Origin: Actinomycetales bacterium
GTDB taxonomy: Bacteria > Actinomycetota > Actinomycetes > Actinomycetales > Dermatophilaceae
DNA length: 64,000 nucleotides
Direction of reading: 5' to 3'
Assembly (NCBI GenBank): GCA_038230235.1
Contig: JBBRNQ010000001.1
Coordinates: 23,918 to 87,917, forward strand
A model generated the notes under the pieces. The model had not been told where the DNA came from and ran no database searches. It worked only from the letters and a program-made list of their open reading frames with translations. The first letter of the stretch is position 1. Every line of letters starts with the position of its first letter. Position numbers and translations under genes: made by a program. Below are positions 9,800 through 19,010 of this stretch, in pieces.

Positions 9800-10810
9800 C
9801 TAGGACCGAGGCTTGTCGTCAGTGCCACCACTGCCGGGCGCGGCGATCTTGCGGGCGAGGCACTGGTTGCCGGACAGGCTCTGCGCAGCGCACCACGCGT
9901 TGGCCTGGTCGGCCGACGGGTACGGGCGCGGGACCAGGCTCACCCAGACCTGACGGCCCGAGCACGGTCCGTGCAGCGGCGTCTCCTGCGCGGCTCCCAT
10001 GGACCGCTGCCCCACCAGGACCGCGCCGTACCGTGCCTGCACGGCCAGGTGGTACCCCAGGATCTGCTGCACGGTGATCGGTCTACCCGGGTCCGGGGTC
10101 TGCTCGCTGAACCAGTCCGGTCCGAAGTCCCGCGGCACCCCGAGGCACTTGGCCGACACCTGGGGCAGCCAGCTGCCCGGCGCCAGCCCCCGTCCAGCGA
10201 GGTCGGCGACGGCCATCGTGCCGAGCTCGGCTTCGGCGTCGCTGTCGCTGAGCAGGAGGGCCTCGTCGGCCACGGTCGCCGAGGTCGGCGTCGGCGTCGG
10301 TGTCGGTGTCGGGATGGGCGTCGAGGTGGGTGACGACGGGTCTGACGTGGTCACATCCGCCGTGAAGACCGGCTCCGGCGTGGTCGGTGGTTCTGTTGTC
10401 GCCGCGAACGTCGGCGCGGGAAGGGGAGCCCCGACGGTCGACGACGGCGAGCGCGAGCGCGAGCCCACCAGCCATCCTCCGGAGACGAGCAGCGCCACCA
10501 GGAGCAGTCCGCCTGCCACTTGCCACACTCCCCCCTGGTGACCGTCGAGGGAATGGGAGGGTCCACTGGTCGGATCGGGTCCGTACACGATCCCTGCAGA
10601 GTCGTGGGACTCCGACGGCCGAGATTCGACTGCGCCGAGGTCGGCACCGTACGTCACGTCGCTCGAGCGTGGACCGGGCCCGCCGGCACGAGGCCCCTCT
10701 TCCGTGAACGGGCCGAACGCGACCTCGCGGGCCGGCTGCCGTCGGGGTGGCGTCGAGGAGGTCTCGCCCACGTCGACCGAGTACTCGATCGGGTCACCGT
10801 CACTCACCAT
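9800..10810 (-). CDS. Single-pass membrane protein with Pro/Thr linker and Cys-containing extracytoplasmic domain, function unknown
   Basis: TM segment VWQVAGGLLLVALLVSGGWLV, PTPTPT linker, domain SWLPQVSAK...YHL...ANAWC...C. Starts 7 bp after the upstream stop. Confidence 0.75.
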   Translation of the reverse strand: MVSDGDPIEYSVDVGETSSTPPRRQPAREVAFGPFTEEGPRAGGPGPRSSDVTYGADLGAVESRPSESHDSAGIVYGPDPTSGPSHSLDGHQGGVWQVAGGLLLVALLVSGGWLVGSRSRSPSSTVGAPLPAPTFAATTEPPTTPEPVFTADVTTSDPSSPTSTPIPTPTPTPTPTSATVADEALLLSDSDAEAELGTMAVADLAGRGLAPGSWLPQVSAKCLGVPRDFGPDWFSEQTPDPGRPITVQQILGYHLAVQARYGAVLVGQRSMGAAQETPLHGPCSGRQVWVSLVPRPYPSADQANAWCAAQSLSGNQCLARKIAAPGSGGTDDKPRS

Positions 10811-10817
10811 GGTTGCC

Positions 10818-11156
10818 CTAGACCAGCTTCCCGAGCTCCTGGATGACCAACGAGGTGCCGATCGTCTCCGCGAGCCTCAGGACCCAGGTGGTCGTGCGCT
10901 TCAGGGCCGTCGCCAGCCCCGACCGGTCGCCCGCCGCCGCAGCATCGGCAGCCTGACGGATCGTCGAGGCGTCTTCCGCGTGCGCGGATCCCGCCAGGGC
11001 GGCCGCTTGATGGAGCCTCTCGAGCTCGGCCGCGAGCGGAGCGAGCGTGACGTCGACCGAGCCGCTCACCGTCTGGCGGTTGCGACGTCCGGCAACGACG
11101 TTACCCATCGCGCCGCCGATGTTCATGACGCCGTCACCGTTGCTGTAGTCGCTCAT
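10818..11156 (-). CDS. 112-aa protein with N-terminal G/N-rich motif and C-terminal helical domain
   Basis: ATGA overlap with the upstream gene; N-terminus MSDYSNGDGVMNIGGAMGNVVAG matches the C-terminus of the upstream protein. Confidence 0.8.
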   Translation of the reverse strand: MSDYSNGDGVMNIGGAMGNVVAGRRNRQTVSGSVDVTLAPLAAELERLHQAAALAGSAHAEDASTIRQAADAAAAGDRSGLATALKRTTTWVLRLAETIGTSLVIQELGKLV

Positions 11157-12040
11157 GTCGGTCCCGTCCCGTTGCTGGAGGTGTTACCTGCGCCGGCGAC
11201 GACGTCTCCCATCACGCCGCCGACGTTCATGACGCCATTGCCGTTGTTGGCGTAGGTGGTGACGCTGTATCTGGCTTCCAGGGCGACCAGTGGCCCCTCG
11301 AGGAACGCGATGTCGATGTCGTTGGACTCCGCAGCGTCGCGGATCAGCCGGACGGTCGTCGGCATCAGTCCCTTGAGGAACATCAGGCAGTCGTCGCTGT
11401 CGAAGGAGCTCGCCACCACCGACTTGGGAAAGGCTCCGCGGAGTCCGAGCTGCAACCCGTACATCCGCATCCCCCGGATCGCGCGGGCGAAGAGGACCAC
11501 CAACACCGCGAGGGTCAGGGGCGCCATCACGATGAAGGTCACGGGAAGAGCCTGCATGACCGTCAGGGCGAAGGCGATCCACGCCACGGCGAGCGCGGTG
11601 CGCACGAGGAGGGCAGTCCAGTTGAGGGCTCCGAGCAGGAAGGAGTCCATGGCGATATAGACCTGCGTCGCGTTGTGGTAGCTGCGGAACAGCGTGGTGA
11701 CACGGCTGCGTCGTGAGGTGCTGAGCACAGCGCGGATCTGGCGACGGGCACTCTCACCAGGCACCTTGATGTCGTCGAAGTCGGCGACCTCGGCCTCCAC
11801 GGAACCGAGGGAACCCTCCCGCATGGCGTGGTAGACGCCGACGTAGAGGTCGCGGGTGAAGGCATTGACCTGATCAGGACGGGTCTCCGGCTCGAGCGGC
11901 ACGAGCAGGTTGAGATCGAAGGCCCTCAGGGGGACACCGACCAGATCTATCGGATCCTTGGGCAGGAGAAACCCGTTGAAAGGCCGACGCCTCGGCTGTG
12001 GCAGGCCGGTTTCCGCTGTCCGTGACCGCTGGTCCGTCAT
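11153..12040 (-). CDS. Two-TM membrane protein ending in a G/N-rich motif
   Basis: Hydrophobic hairpin WTALLVRTALAVAWIAFALTVM / LPVTFIVMAPLTLAVLVVLF; C-terminal YANNGNGVMNVGGVMGDVVAG; GGGAG RBS. Confidence 0.8.
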   Translation of the reverse strand: MTDQRSRTAETGLPQPRRRPFNGFLLPKDPIDLVGVPLRAFDLNLLVPLEPETRPDQVNAFTRDLYVGVYHAMREGSLGSVEAEVADFDDIKVPGESARRQIRAVLSTSRRSRVTTLFRSYHNATQVYIAMDSFLLGALNWTALLVRTALAVAWIAFALTVMQALPVTFIVMAPLTLAVLVVLFARAIRGMRMYGLQLGLRGAFPKSVVASSFDSDDCLMFLKGLMPTTVRLIRDAAESNDIDIAFLEGPLVALEARYSVTTYANNGNGVMNVGGVMGDVVAGAGNTSSNGTGPT

Positions 12041-12075
12041 GACAACCGGCTCCCGCCCGAGAGGATCTTGAGCCG

Positions 12076-12104
12076 ACCGTAAACTCTCACCTTCCCTTGG
12101 TCAA
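12076..12104 (-). promoter_or_regulatory. Housekeeping sigma70-type promoter TTGACC-N17-TACGGT for the 12040-9800 operon
   Basis: Minus strand reads ttgacc aagggaaggtgagagtt tacggt, 35 nt upstream of ATG 12040. Confidence 0.7.
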
Positions 12105-12220
12105 TGGGTCTCGCCCCACTCTTTCTGCTCGCGATTGAATGTCGAGGTTCAGCCCTGGCCGTGCAACAGGGGTAGCCGTCGCGTCTCCACCGCGCCCGGG
12201 TGGCCCCATAGGCTCGGGGG

Positions 12221-13246
12221 GTGCGCACCGCCTTCGGCCAGGAGTTCGACGTCCGCGACGGTTACCTCAACACGGCCAGTATCGGCCTGCCGCCGCGGGC
12301 CGCGGTCGAGGCGGTCCGTCGTACGGTCGATGCGTGGGCCGTCGGTGGGGCTCAACCGGGCGACTTCGACCAGGCCGTCGGGGCGGCGCGTGCTGCCTAC
12401 GGTCGGCTGGTGGGCGCACCGGTCGAGGACGTGAGCATCGGGGGGTCGGCTTCGGCCCTCGTGGGGCTGGTCGCGGCCTCGGTGCCGGACGGCACCCGGG
12501 TGGTCACTGCCCACGACGAGTTCACGAGCACGACCTTCCCGTTCGCCGCGCAGCACGCGCGCGGCGTCACCGTCACCGAGGTGCCGCTCGCGCAGGTCGC
12601 CGACGCGGCGGTCGGCGCCGACCTCGTCGCCGTGAGCATCGTGCAGTCGTCGGACGGCTCGGTCGTCGACCTGGACGCCCTGCGCGAGGTGGCGGCGACG
12701 GGGACCACCGTCCTGCTGGACGCCACCCAGGCCCTCGGGTGGCTCCCCCTCGACGTCGGCTGGGCCGATGCCGTGGTCGCGGGCGGGTACAAGTGGCTGA
12801 TGTGCCCCCGGGGAGTGGCCTGGATGAGCACCTCCGCCCGGCTGCGCGAGGGGATCGTGCCCCACGCCGCCAACTGGTACGCCGGCGCCGACCCCTGGCA
12901 GAGCATCTACGGCCTTCCGCTGCGTCTCGCGCAGGACGCCCGCCGTCTCGACACGTCGCCCGCGTGGTGGTGCCACGTCGGCGCCGCGGTGACGCTGCCC
13001 TGGCTCGCCTCCCTCGAGGGTGGTCTGGTCCGTGACCACTGCGTGGGCCTGGCCGACGGCTTCCTCGCCGGTCTGGGGCTGCCGCCGCAGGGGTCGGCCA
13101 TCGTCTCGGTCGACGTGCCCGGCGCCCTGCCCAGGCTCATCGAGGCCGGGATCACGGCGAGCCTTCGAGGCGGCCGCACCCGCCTGGCCTTCCACCTCTG
13201 CAACGACGAGTCCGACGTCGAGGCGGCCCTCCTCGCGCTCCGCTGA
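12221..13246 (+). CDS. PLP-dependent aminotransferase class V
   Basis: GYLNTASIG, LDATQALG, GGYKW (PLP Lys). TAGGCT lies 6 nt before GTG, suggesting a leaderless transcript. Confidence 0.88.
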   Translation: MRTAFGQEFDVRDGYLNTASIGLPPRAAVEAVRRTVDAWAVGGAQPGDFDQAVGAARAAYGRLVGAPVEDVSIGGSASALVGLVAASVPDGTRVVTAHDEFTSTTFPFAAQHARGVTVTEVPLAQVADAAVGADLVAVSIVQSSDGSVVDLDALREVAATGTTVLLDATQALGWLPLDVGWADAVVAGGYKWLMCPRGVAWMSTSARLREGIVPHAANWYAGADPWQSIYGLPLRLAQDARRLDTSPAWWCHVGAAVTLPWLASLEGGLVRDHCVGLADGFLAGLGLPPQGSAIVSVDVPGALPRLIEAGITASLRGGRTRLAFHLCNDESDVEAALLALR

Positions 13247-13271
13247 CCCTCGGGCTGCACGTCGTCGCGAC

Positions 13272-14186
13272 TCAGGCGACGACCTCGAGCGGCAGGTCGC
13301 GCTCGGCCGCCCACTGCTGCCACTCGGCTCCGGTACGACGCGCGAAGGCGGCCGCCAGGGCGTCAGCGGAGTCCTCGACCTCCAGGGCCTCGAGCAACCG
13401 CCGATGGAAGTGGGGCTCCAGCGCCGCGACGGCCACCCGACCGTCTGCGCACGGGTACACCCCGTAGGCCGGGAAGCCGCCGGCCAGCAGCCCGCCGGGC
13501 GAGGTCATCCCCCACCGGAAGGGCCGGGCCATGTCACGGGCGGCCTCGCTGAGGGCCACCTCGATCAGGCGGCCCTCCCCCGTCGCTCCCCGACCGACCA
13601 GCGCCGCGACCGCCTCCAGCGCCGCTCGGTCGGCGCCCGCGAGGTCGGCGAGGAGCACCCGGGGAAGGGTCGTGCCGTCGATCAACCCGTTGACCGCCTG
13701 GTAGGTCAGGTCGTGGCCCGGGACATCGGCTCCGGCTCCGGGCTGCCCGACGATGGCGACGTGGACCAGCCTCGGGTGGGCCGCGTGCAGGTCGGGCCAG
13801 CCGAGCCCCAGCCGGGCCAGCGCGGCGCGGCGGTGCGAGCTCACGAGCACGTCGGCAGCCTCGAGCAGGTGGTGCAGCTGAGCCTGACCCTGCTCCGACT
13901 TGAGGTCGAGGGCCACCACGTCCTGCCCGACACAGAGCTCGTCGTAGGCGTCTCGGGTGTAGGTCGCCAGAGGGTCGCCCGTCGGCGGCTCCACCTTGAC
14001 CACGTGGGCACCGAGCGCGGCGAGCCGGGCCGCGGCCACCGGCCCGGGGAGGTTCACGGCGATGCTGACGACCTCGACCCCCGTCAGAGGGGCGTCAGGG
14101 GCGTCTGCCGCGTCGACGGAGTCTGGAGGATGACGGGAGTCAGTGGTGTGGGGGGAGGCGGGGTCGGTGGGCGGAGCAGGCGTCAT
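13272..14186 (-). CDS. Family III CoA-transferase (CaiB/BaiF)
   Basis: LPGP, LGAHVVKVEPPTGD, LDLKS, GHDLTY, LADLAG. Confidence 0.88.
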   Translation of the reverse strand: MTPAPPTDPASPHTTDSRHPPDSVDAADAPDAPLTGVEVVSIAVNLPGPVAAARLAALGAHVVKVEPPTGDPLATYTRDAYDELCVGQDVVALDLKSEQGQAQLHHLLEAADVLVSSHRRAALARLGLGWPDLHAAHPRLVHVAIVGQPGAGADVPGHDLTYQAVNGLIDGTTLPRVLLADLAGADRAALEAVAALVGRGATGEGRLIEVALSEAARDMARPFRWGMTSPGGLLAGGFPAYGVYPCADGRVAVAALEPHFHRRLLEALEVEDSADALAAAFARRTGAEWQQWAAERDLPLEVVA

Positions 14187-14251
14187 ACGGTCTCGTTCTC
14201 GCTCACTGTTGCTGGTTGTCGCTGGTTGGCGCGTCGGGTGGAGCTGTCAGA

Positions 14252-15847
14252 TCAGGTCAGGTCGCGCCGCAGCTGCGGTTTGACGACCTTGCCATTGGCG
14301 TTGCGGGGCAGCTGCGGCACCGTCTCGACGTGACGCGGGTGCTTGTACGACGCCAGCCGGTCGCGCAGGAAGGCTCGCAGGTCGTCAGTGCCAAGATCGT
14401 CCGCCCCCTCGCGCAGCGCCACCACGGCGACCGGCACCTCGCCCCACCGCTCGTCGGGCCGACCGATGACTGCCACCTCGAGCACGTCGGGGTGGGCAGC
14501 GACGGCGTTCTCCACCTCGGCGCAGTAGATGTTCTCCCCTCCGGAGATCAGCATGTCCTTCTTGCGGTCGACGACCCAGACGAAGCCGTCAGCGTCCTGG
14601 CGCACCAGATCACCCGAGTGGAACCACCCGCCCTCGAACGCCTCGGCGGTGGCGTCGGGCTGGCGCCAGTAGCCCTGCATGAGGGTGGGCCCGCGGTAGA
14701 CGATCTCGCCGACCTCGCCCCTGGCCACGTCCTGGCCGAGGGCGTCGACCACGCGGGCCTGCACGGTGGGGATGACCTGCCCGACCGACCCGAGGCGGCT
14801 GAGGGCATCCTCGCCGCGCAGCACGCAGGTGATGGGCGACATCTCGGTCTGGCCGAAGACCGCGACGTTCTGGGCGTGCGGGAAGGCCTCACCCATCCTG
14901 CGCAGCAGCGTGTCGCTCGCGGGTGCGGCCCCCCAGCTGATGCAGCGGAGTGCGAGGTCACGCTCAGCGATGGAGGGGTCGGCGCACACCGCCTGCCACT
15001 GGGTCGGCACGAGGAAGACCGAGGTCACGCGCTCGCGCTCCCAGGCGTCGAGGGTGTCACTCGCGGAGAACTCGCGCAGGGGGTGGATGACGGTGCGGAC
15101 GCCGAGCAGCAGGTTGGGGGCGACCGCGCCGATCGCGGCCACGTGGAAGGCGGGCGCGGCCATGAAGCCGACGTCCTGCGGCCGGCTGTCGAAGGCGCGG
15201 ATGCAGGTGAAGGCCTGGCCGGCGAGGTTGACGTGGCTCAGCATCGCGCCCTTGGGTCGTCCGGTCGTGCCGCTGGTGTAGAGGATCAGCGCGGTCGAGT
15301 CCTCAGGCACGTCGGGCCGGTCGGCGACAGGCGCGTTGCCCCCCTCCTCCACCACCTGCTCGTAGCCGAGCTGGTCGCCCTCGGTCGGCGCGCCCATGAC
15401 AATGGTGAGAGCCAGGGCGGGCACCTGGGCGCGCACCGCCGCGGCCAGCGGTGCGAGGGCCGGCTCGGTGACCACGGCGGTCGCCCCGCAGTCGAGGGCC
15501 AGGGTCACCACCTCGGCAGGGGTGAGCCGGAAGTTGAGGGGCACCGCGATCGCCCCGAGGGTGTTGACCGCCAGCACCGTCTCGAAGAACTCGGTGCGGT
15601 TGAGGGTGAGGAGAAGCACCCGGTCGCCCTGAACGACCCCGCGCCCGGCCAGACCGCTGGCCAGGTCGGCGACGCGGTGCCGCAGCTCGGCCCAGGTCGT
15701 GTCGTTGCCCAGGAAACGGAAGGCGACGTCGTCCGGTCGCATGAGCGCATGCGTCTCGACCCAGGTCATCCAGTGGTTGCGGGTCGAGCGCAGCGGCTCC
15801 TCCCGAGCCGAGGTGGCGGGTGCGACGGACGGGGCAGTGGCGGACAT
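14252..15847 (-). CDS. fadD: Long-chain fatty-acid-CoA ligase (FadD-like)
   Basis: YTSGTTGRPKG, FGQTE, GWFHSGD, DRKKDMLISGGENIY, NANGKVVK. Confidence 0.92.
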   Translation of the reverse strand: MSATAPSVAPATSAREEPLRSTRNHWMTWVETHALMRPDDVAFRFLGNDTTWAELRHRVADLASGLAGRGVVQGDRVLLLTLNRTEFFETVLAVNTLGAIAVPLNFRLTPAEVVTLALDCGATAVVTEPALAPLAAAVRAQVPALALTIVMGAPTEGDQLGYEQVVEEGGNAPVADRPDVPEDSTALILYTSGTTGRPKGAMLSHVNLAGQAFTCIRAFDSRPQDVGFMAAPAFHVAAIGAVAPNLLLGVRTVIHPLREFSASDTLDAWERERVTSVFLVPTQWQAVCADPSIAERDLALRCISWGAAPASDTLLRRMGEAFPHAQNVAVFGQTEMSPITCVLRGEDALSRLGSVGQVIPTVQARVVDALGQDVARGEVGEIVYRGPTLMQGYWRQPDATAEAFEGGWFHSGDLVRQDADGFVWVVDRKKDMLISGGENIYCAEVENAVAAHPDVLEVAVIGRPDERWGEVPVAVVALREGADDLGTDDLRAFLRDRLASYKHPRHVETVPQLPRNANGKVVKPQLRRDLT

Positions 15848-15961
15848 CGTCGTCCTCTCTGGCTGGGGCCGGTCTGACTCTCTGGCTGGGCGGTCTGGCG
15901 CTGCGGCTGGGCCGGTCTGGATCCCTCGTCGGGGCCGACCCGGGGGAAGGACGCCCTGGGT

Positions 15962-16753
15962 TCAGGCGCGGGCGGGCGAGCGGGCCAGCAGGGCCGTGGT
16001 GCGCTCGGCGAAGTCCGTCGATTGCAGGAGCTCGCGCTGGCCCTCGCCCTCACGGCGCAGGGCGTCGCCGAAGCCGGGGAGGGCCGCTGCCGCCAACGCC
16101 GCCTTGGCGAGCGCGACAGCGCGACGCGGGGCAGCGGCGACCCGCGCCACGGCGTCCTCGACGAGGACATCGAGCTCATCGAGGGTGTCGGCCGCACCGG
16201 CGACGAGCCCGTACCGGGCCGCCTCGACCGCGGGGATCCGCCGACCCAGCAGCACGGCTTCGTTCGCCCTCGCCCGTCCCATCGCCGCGCCGAGCAGGAG
16301 CGTGGAGCCGCCGTCGGGCATGAGGCCGATGGACAGGAACGACTGCAGGAGATAGGCCCCCGGCCCGGCGTACGCGAGGTCGGCGGCCAGGACGAGCGAC
16401 ATGCCGATCCCCACCGCGGGGCCGTTGACGCGGGCCACGACCGGGACGGACGTCTCGAGCACGGCGCGGACGAGGCGCTCGGCGCCCGCCATGATGGCCT
16501 CGGGGTCGGCGTCCTCGCCGCCGATGTCGGTGAGGTCGGCGCCGGAGCAGAAGGCCCGCCCGGCCCCGGTGAGGACGACCACCCGCACCGACTCGCCGGT
16601 GCCCGCCTGCTCCAGAGCGGCGACGATGCCGCGCATGTGGTCCCCCGTGATCGCGTTCAGGCGCGACTGGTGGTCGATGGTCAGTCGCATGACACCGTCG
16701 GCGACGACGATGCTCAAGTGCGCCGGCTCCGTCGCGGGGGCGCCGTCGTTCAC
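15962..16753 (-). CDS. Enoyl-CoA hydratase/isomerase family protein
   Basis: AFCSGADL, NGPAVGIG, GLMPDGG; GTG start overlaps the fadB stop (GTGA). Confidence 0.88.
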   Translation of the reverse strand: MNDGAPATEPAHLSIVVADGVMRLTIDHQSRLNAITGDHMRGIVAALEQAGTGESVRVVVLTGAGRAFCSGADLTDIGGEDADPEAIMAGAERLVRAVLETSVPVVARVNGPAVGIGMSLVLAADLAYAGPGAYLLQSFLSIGLMPDGGSTLLLGAAMGRARANEAVLLGRRIPAVEAARYGLVAGAADTLDELDVLVEDAVARVAAAPRRAVALAKAALAAAALPGFGDALRREGEGQRELLQSTDFAERTTALLARSPARA

Positions 16754-19005
16754 GCCACCTCCTCGTACGTTCCACCCTCGGTGGCGCGACGCACGAGGGC
16801 CTGCGGCGGGGTGAAGCGCTCGCCGTACCGCTGCGCGAGCACGCGGGCCCGCGCCACGAATCCCGGCAGCCCGCCGTCGTACTGGTCCATGAAGCGGGCT
16901 ACTCCCCCGGTCCAGGCGGGGAACCCGATGCCGAGTATGGAGCCGACGTTGGCGTCGGTGCTCGAGTCGAGCACCCCCTCCTCGAGGCACTTCACCGTCT
17001 CGAGGGCTTCGGCGAAGAGCATCCGCTCCTTCATGTCGTCGAAGGGGATCTGCCTCCAGCCACCCTCGGGGCGGAAGGCCTCGAGCCCCGGCCACAACCC
17101 GGCGCGTCGCCCGTCCTCGTAGTCGTAGAAGCCCCGACCCGAGCTGCGGCCCGGCCGGTCGAGCTCGTCGATCATCCGGTCGACGACCGCGTCGGCCGGG
17201 TGCGGGGTCCAGGTGCCACCGGCGGCTTCGGTCGCTGCCCGGCCAGCCTCCCGGATGCGGCGCGGAAGCGTGAGCGTGAGCTCGTCCATGAGCGCGAGCA
17301 CCGCTGCGGGGTAACCTGCCTGGCGGGTGGCCTGCTCGATCGACGCTGGCGCGATGCCCTCGCCGAGCATCGCCAAACCCTCCTGGGTGAAGGTGCCGAT
17401 GACGCGGCTGGTGAAGAAGCCGCGCGAGTCGTTGACCACGATCGGGGTCTTGCCGATCTGCTTCGCGAAGGCCAGCGCCTGCCCCAGGGCCGCGTCGCTC
17501 GTCTGCTCGCCACGGATGATCTCGAGCAGGGGCATCTTGTCGACCGGGGAGAAGAAGTGCAGCCCGATGAAGTCGGTTGGGCGGCTCACGCTGGTGGCGA
17601 GGGCGGTGATCGGCAGGGTGGAGGTGTTCGACCCGAGGAGGGCGTGAGGAGCGAGGTGCGGCTCGATCTCGGCGTAGACGGCGGCCTTGACATCGGGGTC
17701 CTCGAAGACGGCCTCGACCATCAGGTCGGCGCCGTGGGCGGCCGCCGGGTCGGCGGTCGCAGTGATCCTCCCGAGGAGGGCGTCCCCGTCGTCGGGAGCC
17801 ATCCGCCCGGCGGCGACTGCCTTGTCGACGAGCTTCTGCGAGTAGCCCTTCCCCCGCTCGGCCGCGCCCGTGTCGACGTCCTTGAGGACGACCTCGATCC
17901 CGGCCTTGGCGCTGACGTAGGCGATCGCGGCGCCCATCATCCCGGCGCCCAGCACGACCACCTTGCGGACCGGGGCCGTGTCAGGGGTCGCGAACTGCTT
18001 GGCCCGACCCGTGGCCGTCTGCAGGTCGAAGAACATCGCGCGGATGAGGTTCTTGGCGGTCTGGCTGCCGAGCAGGCCTGCGAAGTAACGGGTCTCAACG
18101 AGGTGCGCCGTCTCGAGATCGAGCCCTGCCCCCTCGACGGCGGCGGCGAGAATGGCTCGCGGTGCAGGGTATGGAGCCCCGCCGGACTGCTTGCGCAGCG
18201 TCGCCGGCGCGGCGACGATCAGGCCCGACAGCGCGGCCGACCCCGGGAGCCCGCCGGGGAGACGGTAGCCGGGACGGTCCCACGGCTGGGCGGCATCGGG
18301 GTGGGCCGCGATCCACGCCCTGGCCGCAGGCACGAGGTCGTCGACCGAGGGAACCACCTCGTCGACGAGACCGAGCTCGAGGGCGGCTGCGGGAGTGAGC
18401 CGCTGGCCCTGGAGCAGGCAGCCGGTGAGGGCCTTCAGGACCCCCAGCATCCGCACGCTGCGCACGACGCCACCGGCTCCCGGCAAGAGGCCGAGGGTGA
18501 CCTCGGGGAACCCGATGCGAGTCGACGGCAGGTCGGCGACGACGCGGTGGTGGCAGGCCAGCGCGATCTCGAGACCGCCGCCGAGAGCGGCCCCGTTGAT
18601 GGCGGCGACGACCGGACGCCCCAGCGTCTCGAGGTCGCGCATGGGCGCCTTGATGCCGGCCGTGCGGGCCATCGACGCCGCCGCACCCTCGGCCCCGCCC
18701 GGCACGTGGAGCAGGTCAGCGAGGTTGCCACCGGCGAAGAACGTCTTCTTCGCCGAGGTGAGGACCACGCCGGTGATGGACTCCTTCTCGGTCTGCAGTC
18801 GCGCGACCGCAGCCGCGAAGCTCGCGAGGTGGGCGGCGTTCATCGTGTTGGCCGACGCGCCGGGGTCGTCCATCGTCAGGACGACGACGCCGTCGTCGCC
18901 CTGCTCCCAGCGGATGGTGCTCGGGCTGGTGGACGACTCCATACCGGTGGTGCCCTCCTGCTCGGTCGCTGCGGCCTGGTCGCTCGCGTGGGTGGTGGTG
19001 CTCAT
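16750..19005 (-). CDS. fadB: Multifunctional enoyl-CoA hydratase / 3-hydroxyacyl-CoA dehydrogenase
   Basis: FFAGGNL, GAALGGGLE, PEVTLGLLPGAGG, GAGMMG, EAVFE, SNTSTL, HFFSPV. Confidence 0.93.
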   Translation of the reverse strand: MSTTTHASDQAAATEQEGTTGMESSTSPSTIRWEQGDDGVVVLTMDDPGASANTMNAAHLASFAAAVARLQTEKESITGVVLTSAKKTFFAGGNLADLLHVPGGAEGAAASMARTAGIKAPMRDLETLGRPVVAAINGAALGGGLEIALACHHRVVADLPSTRIGFPEVTLGLLPGAGGVVRSVRMLGVLKALTGCLLQGQRLTPAAALELGLVDEVVPSVDDLVPAARAWIAAHPDAAQPWDRPGYRLPGGLPGSAALSGLIVAAPATLRKQSGGAPYPAPRAILAAAVEGAGLDLETAHLVETRYFAGLLGSQTAKNLIRAMFFDLQTATGRAKQFATPDTAPVRKVVVLGAGMMGAAIAYVSAKAGIEVVLKDVDTGAAERGKGYSQKLVDKAVAAGRMAPDDGDALLGRITATADPAAAHGADLMVEAVFEDPDVKAAVYAEIEPHLAPHALLGSNTSTLPITALATSVSRPTDFIGLHFFSPVDKMPLLEIIRGEQTSDAALGQALAFAKQIGKTPIVVNDSRGFFTSRVIGTFTQEGLAMLGEGIAPASIEQATRQAGYPAAVLALMDELTLTLPRRIREAGRAATEAAGGTWTPHPADAVVDRMIDELDRPGRSSGRGFYDYEDGRRAGLWPGLEAFRPEGGWRQIPFDDMKERMLFAEALETVKCLEEGVLDSSTDANVGSILGIGFPAWTGGVARFMDQYDGGLPGFVARARVLAQRYGERFTPPQALVRRATEGGTYEEVA

Positions 19006-19010
19006 GTCGC

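Noticed and set aside
11089-11255. Shared motif as a trivial recent DNA duplication
   Set aside because: The copies differ at many synonymous and conservative positions (I/V, A/V, N/D) while keeping the peptide pattern and terminal placement, which favours protein-level selection. Not formally excluded.
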